From Nitrospira sp. (lineage in GTDB: Bacteria > Nitrospirota > Nitrospiria > Nitrospirales > Nitrospiraceae): 64,000 nt of DNA. The translations under genes and the position numbers were made by a program. The first letter of the stretch is position 1. Each line of letters begins with the position of its first letter. The notes below the pieces were generated by a model. The model saw only the letters and a list, made by a program, of their open reading frames with translations, did no database searches and was not told the origin of the DNA. Positions 56,029-64,000 of the stretch are shown in pieces. The DNA lies in contig AP038806.1 in NCBI GenBank assembly GCA_047150005.1, forward strand, positions 2,176,001 to 2,240,000, read 5' to 3'.

Positions 56029-57471
56029 ATGGCGCTTTTTACGATTGAAGAGCTGCGTGAGGTCGTCAGCGTCAAGGTTCTGGCCGGCGAGGCCGCTCCG
56101 TCGGCCAAGCGACGGATCAGAAACATCAGCACCGATTCGAGATCGATCAGGCGGGGGGATCTGTTCGTGGCCTTGCAGGGGGAACGGTTCGACGGCCATG
56201 AGTTTGTGGCCGCAGCCTTCGCGCAAGGCGCGATCGGGGCCATCGTGCACGACCAATACCGACCTCCGGCTTCCAAGCGTCAGGACAGTCGATCCGTCCC
56301 CTTTCTGTTGGGGGTTCGCGATCCGCTGTTTGCCTATCAACAGTTGGCGATGCATCACCGGAGCCGGTTCGAGATTCCGGTGGTGGCCGTGACGGGCAGC
56401 AACGGCAAGACGACGACCAAGGAGATGACGGCCGCGGTGCTGGGGCGGCGATGGCGGACGCTGAAGACGGAAGGCAACTACAACAACCGGATCGGCGTTC
56501 CTCACACGTTGTTCAAGTTGACACGGCGGCATCAAGCGGCGGTCGTTGAAATGGGCGTGGACGCGCGCGGGCAGACGACGCGATTGTGCGAGATCGTTCG
56601 TCCCACGGTCGGCATCATCACCAACATCGGTCCGGACCATCTGGAGTTCTTCGGAAGCATGGAAGGATCGGCCCAGGCCAAGGCGGAACTGTTGGACCTG
56701 CTTCCTGCGGACGGTACGGCTGTGCTGAACGCCGACGACCCCTATTTCGACTATTTGGCCTCGCGCGCCCGGTCCCGCGTCGTGTCGTTCGGGCTGTCGG
56801 AGAAGGCGGACGTGCGCGCCGCGCGAGTGACGTTCGATGTCAAGAGCGGAACCAGGTTCGATCTGCTGCTGCCGGGCAAGGGGCGCCCCGTCGGCGTGAC
56901 GATGAAGGTTCACGGTGCCCATAACGTGCTCAACGCCCTTTCAGCCGCCGCGACCGGCTTTGCATTGAACCTGTCAGGCGCAACCATTTCGGAAGGGTTG
57001 GCCACGTTTCGTCCGGCCGCCATGCGCTCGCAGGTCATCTCGCATCATGGCGTTCAGATCATCAACGACTGCTATAACGCCAATCCCGCTTCGATGAAAG
57101 CCGCAATCGAACTCTTGGCGAAGTGGGCTCCTGCCCGGACGCGAGTGGCGGTGCTGGGAGACATGCTGGAACTTGGGGCCCAAACCAAAGCGTTCCATCG
57201 CGAGGTCGGGTCGTTTCTGGCCGGTCGGGACGTGGCGCGCTTGATCGCGTGCGGGTCCTTGGGACGGGAGATTGCCGAGGGAGCCAGGCAGGGTGGTATG
57301 CCCGCAGCAGCCATCACCGAGGTCGCGGATGCCGCGGCCGCCGCCGATCTCCTCAGGATGGAAGTTCGGCAGGGCGACGTTGTGCTGGTCAAAGCCTCGC
57401 GCGGCATGAAGTTGGAGCAGGTCGTTCAAAGGCTGACGGGTATGAGAGCGATGACGAAAGAGGCGTCGTAG
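56029..57471 (+). CDS. murF: UDP-MurNAc-pentapeptide synthetase
   Basis: GSNGKTTTKE, DCYNANP, GDMLELG, KASRG. Confidence 0.95.
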   Translation: MALFTIEELREVVSVKVLAGEAAPSAKRRIRNISTDSRSIRRGDLFVALQGERFDGHEFVAAAFAQGAIGAIVHDQYRPPASKRQDSRSVPFLLGVRDPLFAYQQLAMHHRSRFEIPVVAVTGSNGKTTTKEMTAAVLGRRWRTLKTEGNYNNRIGVPHTLFKLTRRHQAAVVEMGVDARGQTTRLCEIVRPTVGIITNIGPDHLEFFGSMEGSAQAKAELLDLLPADGTAVLNADDPYFDYLASRARSRVVSFGLSEKADVRAARVTFDVKSGTRFDLLLPGKGRPVGVTMKVHGAHNVLNALSAAATGFALNLSGATISEGLATFRPAAMRSQVISHHGVQIINDCYNANPASMKAAIELLAKWAPARTRVAVLGDMLELGAQTKAFHREVGSFLAGRDVARLIACGSLGREIAEGARQGGMPAAAITEVADAAAAADLLRMEVRQGDVVLVKASRGMKLEQVVQRLTGMRAMTKEAS

Positions 57472-57496
57472 GAGTCCGTTCCTGTCGAAAGGGCGC

Positions 57497-58573
57497 ATGC
57501 TCTACATCTGGCTGTATCCGTTTCATACGGACTATTCGTTTCTGAACGTGTTCCGCTACCTGAGCTTCCGCATCATTTATGCGGCGGTGACGGCGTTTCT
57601 GATCGCCTTCGTTCTGACGCCATGGCTGATCAGGAAGTTGCAGGAGATCAAGCTCGGGCAGCAAATCCGCGACGACGGGCCCAAACGGCATCTGGCGAAA
57701 AGCGGGACGCCCACCATGGGCGGAGTACTGATTATTTTCGCCGTCCTGCTGTCGACGTTGCTCTGGGCCGACATCACCAGACCGTATGTCTGGCTCGTGA
57801 TGGTCGCGACGCTGGGCTTCGGCGCCATCGGGTTCGCAGACGATTATCTGAAATTCATTAAGGCGCGCTCGAAGGGTTTGACGGTCGGACAGAAGTTCAG
57901 TGCACAGGTCGGTATCGCACTTCTGATCGCAGTCGCCCTCTATTTCACGCCGGGATACACGACAAAGCTGAGCGTGCCGTTTTTTAAGAACGTCATGCCG
58001 GACCTCGGCTGGTTCTATGTGGTTTTCGTCGTCCTGGTGATCGTGGGCAGTTCCAACGCCGTGAATCTGACCGATGGATTGGACGGACTGGCCATCGGCC
58101 CGGTCATGATCGCATCCCTGGCCTATACGATCGTGGCGTACGTGGCCGGCCATCGCATTATGTCGGACTATCTCCTGATTCCGCACATAGAGGGAGCGGG
58201 AGAAATCGCGGTGTTCACGGCCGCCATCCTTGGGTCGAGCTTGGGCTTTCTCTGGTTCAACGCCTATCCGGCTACCGTGTTCATGGGTGACGTCGGCTCG
58301 CTTCCACTGGGAGCGGCGCTCGGAACGGTGGCCGTCATCAGCAAACATGAACTGCTGCTGCTCATGGTGGGTGGTGTCTTCGTCATTGAGGCGATCTCCG
58401 TCATTTTCCAAGTCATCTCATTCAAATCGCGGGGCAAACGCATTTTTCTGATGGCGCCGATTCACCATCATTTTGAGATGAAGGGCTGGGAGGAGCCGAA
58501 GGTTGTGGTCCGTCTGTGGATTATCGCCATCCTTCTCGCATTGCTGAGCCTGAGTACGTTGAAACTGCGGTGA
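57497..58573 (+). CDS. mraY: Phospho-MurNAc-pentapeptide transferase
   Basis: TPTMGG, NLTDGLDGL, FMGDVGS, MAPIHHHFE. Confidence 0.97.
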   Translation: MLYIWLYPFHTDYSFLNVFRYLSFRIIYAAVTAFLIAFVLTPWLIRKLQEIKLGQQIRDDGPKRHLAKSGTPTMGGVLIIFAVLLSTLLWADITRPYVWLVMVATLGFGAIGFADDYLKFIKARSKGLTVGQKFSAQVGIALLIAVALYFTPGYTTKLSVPFFKNVMPDLGWFYVVFVVLVIVGSSNAVNLTDGLDGLAIGPVMIASLAYTIVAYVAGHRIMSDYLLIPHIEGAGEIAVFTAAILGSSLGFLWFNAYPATVFMGDVGSLPLGAALGTVAVISKHELLLLMVGGVFVIEAISVIFQVISFKSRGKRIFLMAPIHHHFEMKGWEEPKVVVRLWIIAILLALLSLSTLKLR

Positions 58574-58578
58574 GTGCC

Positions 58579-59988
58579 ATGGTGGCAGTGGAGCAAGCAA
58601 GTCTGGCAGGGGCTCGCGTCACGGTCATGGGATTGGCTCGTAGCGGTGTGGCGGCCTGCCGTCTACTGCTGGAGGTTGGCGCCCGTGTCACGGTGTCAGA
58701 CCGCAAGGAGTCGAGCGAACTTCAATCGGCGCTCGGAGACATCGATCGTGGCGCAATCGAGGTGACCGTCGGGCCGAACTATGAGGCTTCGCTCGAGGCA
58801 GCCGATCTTGTGGTGATCAGCCCCGGTGTTCCCTATCGCATGGAATCCCTCGGGCGCGTCCGCCGGCGCGGGGTCAAAGTGATCAGCGAGTTGGAATTGG
58901 CGTCGCGATTTCTCGCCGCACCGATGCTGGCCGTCACTGGAACGAACGGCAAGAGCACGACCGTCACCTTAATCGGCCAGATATTGAAGGAGCAGGGAAA
59001 ACGCGTCTTTGTCGGAGGGAATCTCGGCACCGCCCTCAGCGACGCGGCATGGACGTCGGTGAAAGCGAAGAAGGAAGGACGAGCGGATCCGTTCGATTAC
59101 CTGGTCGTGGAGGTCTCGAGCTTTCAGCTGGAGACGGTCGATCAATTCCACCCTTGGATCGCGGGAATCCTCAATGTCACCGTCGATCACCAGGACCGCT
59201 ACGATTCGCTGAATGATTATCTCGCGGCGAAAGCCAGGATTTTCGAGAATCAAACTGCGGAGGATTACGCGCTCTTCAATCTGGATGATCCCAGGGTCTC
59301 GGCACTCAAGGAGTGTGTCCGCTCGCGTCGCGTCGGCTTCACCAGGATGGGAATGATCGGTTCAGGTGTCGAGCGAGGGACGTTTCTCGACGGCGAGACC
59401 ATCGTCACGACAGTGAGTGGGCTGCGCCAGGCCGTCTGCCGAGCGAGCGAGATCCGGATGCTTGGGAGCCACAACGTGGAAAACATCATGGCGGCGTCGA
59501 CCTATGCCGCACTCTGTGGATGCTCGCTTGATACCATCAGGAAGACTGTGACGGCCTTTCCCGGTCTCGAGCACGCGTTGGAATTCGTCCGCGAACGTCG
59601 CGGCGTCCGGTTCGTCAACGATTCCAAAGGAACAAACGTCGATGCCACGCTGAAGGCGCTTGAGGGCATTGATCATCCGATCTGGTTGATCGCGGGGGGG
59701 CGCGACAAAGGGGGAGATTTTTCCCGCCTCACCGACGCGGTCCGCCGGCGGGTGAAGCACGCGATTCTTATCGGAGAGGCGGCGCCGCTCCTTCGGCGTG
59801 CCTGGCACGATGCGGCAGCGATAAGCGAAGCCGGCTCCCTGCGTGAAGCCGTCGAGTATGCGGCACGGGAAGCCTCGGCCGGCGAAGTGGTTCTGCTCTC
59901 GCCAGCCTGCGCCAGCTTCGACATGTTCAGGGACTATCAGGACCGAGGCCGCCAATTTAAGGACGCGGTCTTGTCCTTACCGGCGTAA
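58579..59988 (+). CDS. murD: UDP-MurNAc-L-Ala-D-Glu ligase
   Basis: GTNGKST, EVSSFQL, NDSKGTN, SPACASFD. Confidence 0.95.
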   Translation: MVAVEQASLAGARVTVMGLARSGVAACRLLLEVGARVTVSDRKESSELQSALGDIDRGAIEVTVGPNYEASLEAADLVVISPGVPYRMESLGRVRRRGVKVISELELASRFLAAPMLAVTGTNGKSTTVTLIGQILKEQGKRVFVGGNLGTALSDAAWTSVKAKKEGRADPFDYLVVEVSSFQLETVDQFHPWIAGILNVTVDHQDRYDSLNDYLAAKARIFENQTAEDYALFNLDDPRVSALKECVRSRRVGFTRMGMIGSGVERGTFLDGETIVTTVSGLRQAVCRASEIRMLGSHNVENIMAASTYAALCGCSLDTIRKTVTAFPGLEHALEFVRERRGVRFVNDSKGTNVDATLKALEGIDHPIWLIAGGRDKGGDFSRLTDAVRRRVKHAILIGEAAPLLRRAWHDAAAISEAGSLREAVEYAAREASAGEVVLLSPACASFDMFRDYQDRGRQFKDAVLSLPA

Positions 59989-60020
59989 CGGGCGTGACTT
60001 GGGAGGGGTGGAGCAACACG

Positions 60021-61217
60021 ATGGCATCGCGGTCCGCAGGTACGTTGTCTCTGCCATGGCAGACAGCCGGTCAACGGTCGGGCAAACGACGTGTGCCCAT
60101 GGATCACACAGTGCTGGTCGTGACGCTCACCTTGGCGTTGGTGGGATTAATCATGGTGTTCAGCGCCAGCGCGATTATGGCGGCAAACCGTTTCCAGGAT
60201 CCGGAGTTTTTCCTCAAGCGTCAGGTCGCTTGGCTTGGATTGGGTGTGCTCCTCATGCATGCCACGTCGCGCGTCGACTACATGCTGTGGAAGAAGCTGG
60301 CGATCCCCATCCTGATCTGTATGGCGGCGCTGTTGGTCGTCGTCTTGATCCCGGGAATCGGCGTCGTGACAAAGGGAGCGAGACGGTGGTTTCGGGCCGG
60401 ACCGATTTCGGTTCAGCCGGCCGAAATGGTCAAGCTTGCCGCCGTCATCTATCTCGCCTACTACCTGACGAAGAAGAAGGAGAAGGTCGCGCTGTTTGGC
60501 AACGGGCTGCTGCCGGTGCTGATCGTGATGGGACTTCTGAGCGGGCTCGTGCTGCTCCAGCCGGACTTGGGTACAGTCGTTGTCATAGGATTGGTGACCG
60601 TGGGGCTGCTGTTTCTCGGCGGAGCCAAGGTTTCCCATTTGGCCGGCCTGGGCCTCGGTGCTATTCCGGTCATGGCCGCCCTTGTGCTGGGGTCGAGCTA
60701 TCGACGGCAGCGGTTGATGACGTTCCTGGCGCCGTGGAAGGACGCGTCCGACGCGGGTTTTCAGATCACTCAATCGTTTCTGGCCTTCGGCAGCGGCGGA
60801 CCATTGGGCGTGGGACTGGGCGAAGGGAAACAAAAGCTGTTTTTCCTGCCGGAAGCCCATACGGATTTCGTCCTCGCGCTCGTCGGCGAGGAGTTGGGGC
60901 TGGCCGGCACGGCAACCGTCATTCTGCTGTTTGCGGTCCTTGTCTGGCGTGGATTTGTCATTGCCGCGCGTGCGCGCGCCCCGTTCGGCAAGTTTCTCGG
61001 CTTGGGCATCACCCTTCTGATCGGGATTCAAGCGCTGGTCAATGCCGCAGTCGTGACCGGTATGTTGCCGACCAAAGGCCTGACCTTGCCGTTCGTCAGC
61101 TACGGGGGGTCGTCACTCATCGTGAATTTTGTCGGCGTCGGCATGCTCTTGAGCATTTCACGGGATCGCCATGCCGGAGGCATCAAAGGCGGGCGCGGTG
61201 AGTTGGATCAGGGATGA
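60021..61217 (+). CDS. ftsW: SEDS protein FtsW
   Basis: QPAEMVK, QPDLG, LPEAHTDF, PFVSYGGSS. Confidence 0.95.
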   Translation: MASRSAGTLSLPWQTAGQRSGKRRVPMDHTVLVVTLTLALVGLIMVFSASAIMAANRFQDPEFFLKRQVAWLGLGVLLMHATSRVDYMLWKKLAIPILICMAALLVVVLIPGIGVVTKGARRWFRAGPISVQPAEMVKLAAVIYLAYYLTKKKEKVALFGNGLLPVLIVMGLLSGLVLLQPDLGTVVVIGLVTVGLLFLGGAKVSHLAGLGLGAIPVMAALVLGSSYRRQRLMTFLAPWKDASDAGFQITQSFLAFGSGGPLGVGLGEGKQKLFFLPEAHTDFVLALVGEELGLAGTATVILLFAVLVWRGFVIAARARAPFGKFLGLGITLLIGIQALVNAAVVTGMLPTKGLTLPFVSYGGSSLIVNFVGVGMLLSISRDRHAGGIKGGRGELDQG

Positions 61218-62341
61218 CGATCATCATTGCGGCGGGAGGAACGGGCGGCCATCTCTATCCGGCCGTCGCGCTGGCGCAGGAGTTTCTTCGGCGCGATCCT
61301 GCCGTGCGGGTGCTGTTTGTGGGAACAACGCGAGGGTTGGAATCCAAGGTGCTGGCATACGAAGGTTTCGAATTGGCGTTGATCAGCGCCAAACCGGTCA
61401 TGGGGACCGGACCGGTTGGCATGCTGAAGGGCCTGGCCGCGATGCCGCTGAGTTTCTGGCAATGCCTCAAGATTCTGCGCAACCGGCGGGCGCGTCTGGT
61501 GATCGGGGTCGGTGGGTATACGAGCCCCATGATGGTAGCCGCGGCAGCCGCGGTTGGAGTGGCGCGCGTGATTCTTGAACCCAACGCGAATCCGGGGATG
61601 GCGAACAAGGCGGTCGGTCCGTTCGCACAACGGATTTTTCTGGCGTTCGAGTCGGCCGCCGAGGGGTTCGACCGGACCAAGGTTCGCGTCGTGGGCACGC
61701 CCATACGGAGCGCGTTTGTCGAGGCGGCTCTCAGGGTTCCTCGAACGCGCCGCGAGCCGGGAGAGTTCCATCTGTTGATTTTCGGCGGCAGCCAGGGGGC
61801 CAAAGCCATCAACAGCGCCGTCATCGAGGGACTTCAGATGATGCGGGACGCGCGGGTGCGACTGACCATTACACACCAGACCGGTGAACCCGACCACGCG
61901 CGAGTGACGGAAGCCTATCGTCGCGCCGGGATCTCAGCCTTCGTCACGCCGTTCATCTACGACATGCCGACGGCGATTGCGGCGGCGGATCTGATAGTGG
62001 CGCGCGCCGGCGCCATGACGGTGGCGGAGTTGACCACATGCGGGAAGCCGGCGGTCCTCATCCCTCTGCCCACGGCTATTTATGATCACCAGACCAAGAA
62101 CGCGAAGGTCATGGAAGCGGCCGGTGCCGCCGTGCTGCTGCCGCAGGCCGAACTCACGGGCGAGAAGCTCGCGCAGCTCGTCGGTGCACTGGCCGATGAT
62201 TCCGAGCGGTTGAATGCCATGGCGACGGCAAGCTTGTCGTTGAGACGAACCGACGCGGGCGAGACGATCGTCCGCGAATGCTACGCACTCGTAGGAGGTG
62301 GGCATGATAAGCGTCAGTCTCTTGGAGCGGGGGCACTCTGA
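61214..62341 (+). CDS. murG: Lipid II GlcNAc transferase
   Basis: [27 protein letters not shown]. Confidence 0.96.
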   Translation: MTIIIAAGGTGGHLYPAVALAQEFLRRDPAVRVLFVGTTRGLESKVLAYEGFELALISAKPVMGTGPVGMLKGLAAMPLSFWQCLKILRNRRARLVIGVGGYTSPMMVAAAAAVGVARVILEPNANPGMANKAVGPFAQRIFLAFESAAEGFDRTKVRVVGTPIRSAFVEAALRVPRTRREPGEFHLLIFGGSQGAKAINSAVIEGLQMMRDARVRLTITHQTGEPDHARVTEAYRRAGISAFVTPFIYDMPTAIAAADLIVARAGAMTVAELTTCGKPAVLIPLPTAIYDHQTKNAKVMEAAGAAVLLPQAELTGEKLAQLVGALADDSERLNAMATASLSLRRTDAGETIVRECYALVGGGHDKRQSLGAGAL

Positions 62342-62411
62342 TGGTGTCAGACAGCAAAACGGGCGGGGATTCAATCCATCGCAGCCGATCAGCGGCTTGA
62401 GGCAAGCACCG

Positions 62412-63803
<1,392 letters not shown>

Positions 63804-63807
63804 CACG

Positions 63808-64000
63808 ATGAATCGCGCGAGATTGCGGGGCGGTGCAAAACATGCCGGCACGAAATTTCAGAAGAAGGACATCCGAGCGGCTGTCGCGGGGGTCAAAGGA
63901 GTGGTGCGCTTTGATGTTCCTCTGGACTCTTATACGTCGTTCAAGATCGGAGGGCCGGCCGACGTCGTGGTCGAACCGGTTGATGTGGACGATGTCTGTC
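63808..64000 (+). CDS. murB: UDP-N-acetylenolpyruvoylglucosamine reductase, 5' part
   Basis: Manual translation gives YTSFKIGGPAD; follows murC; truncated by the window end. Confidence 0.85.
   Translation, partial: MNRARLRGGAKHAGTKFQKKDIRAAVAGVKGVVRFDVPLDSYTSFKIGGPADVVVEPVDVDDVC

Overview
GC-rich bacterial chromosomal window, most likely Nitrospira or a close relative (inferred from gene content and repeat families, not proven). Left to right: (1) an ECF sigma / cupin anti-sigma locus, flanked by a divergent truncated-haemoglobin lipoprotein - small lipoprotein - DUF4331 - TonB unit and a downstream nikR - TonB-dependent receptor unit; all three units share a promoter-like motif ATCCAA-N12/13-CTCGTA, and a NikR-type operator lies before nikR; (2) mpg, a His-less sensor kinase, a cytochrome c, and CruF-like/hpnA/ispA isoprenoid genes; (3) a repeat-rich patch with a vapBC toxin-antitoxin pair; (4) a desaturase - cfa-like methyltransferase - FAD reductase operon, a candidate methyl-branched fatty acid pathway; (5) hypothetical genes including a PHD-like zinc finger, a SpeD-like gene, SCP2 and a TetR-RND efflux system; (6) an IS30 element inserted into a REP-containing miniature element; (7) PilZ genes; (8) a phosphonolipid-like cluster with a non-canonical PEP mutase motif; (9) cstA, yajQ and the dcw cluster from rsmH to partial murB, with no adjacent mraZ. 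No rRNA, tRNA or CRISPR array was recognised. All calls come from reading sequence motifs by eye; no database searches were run.
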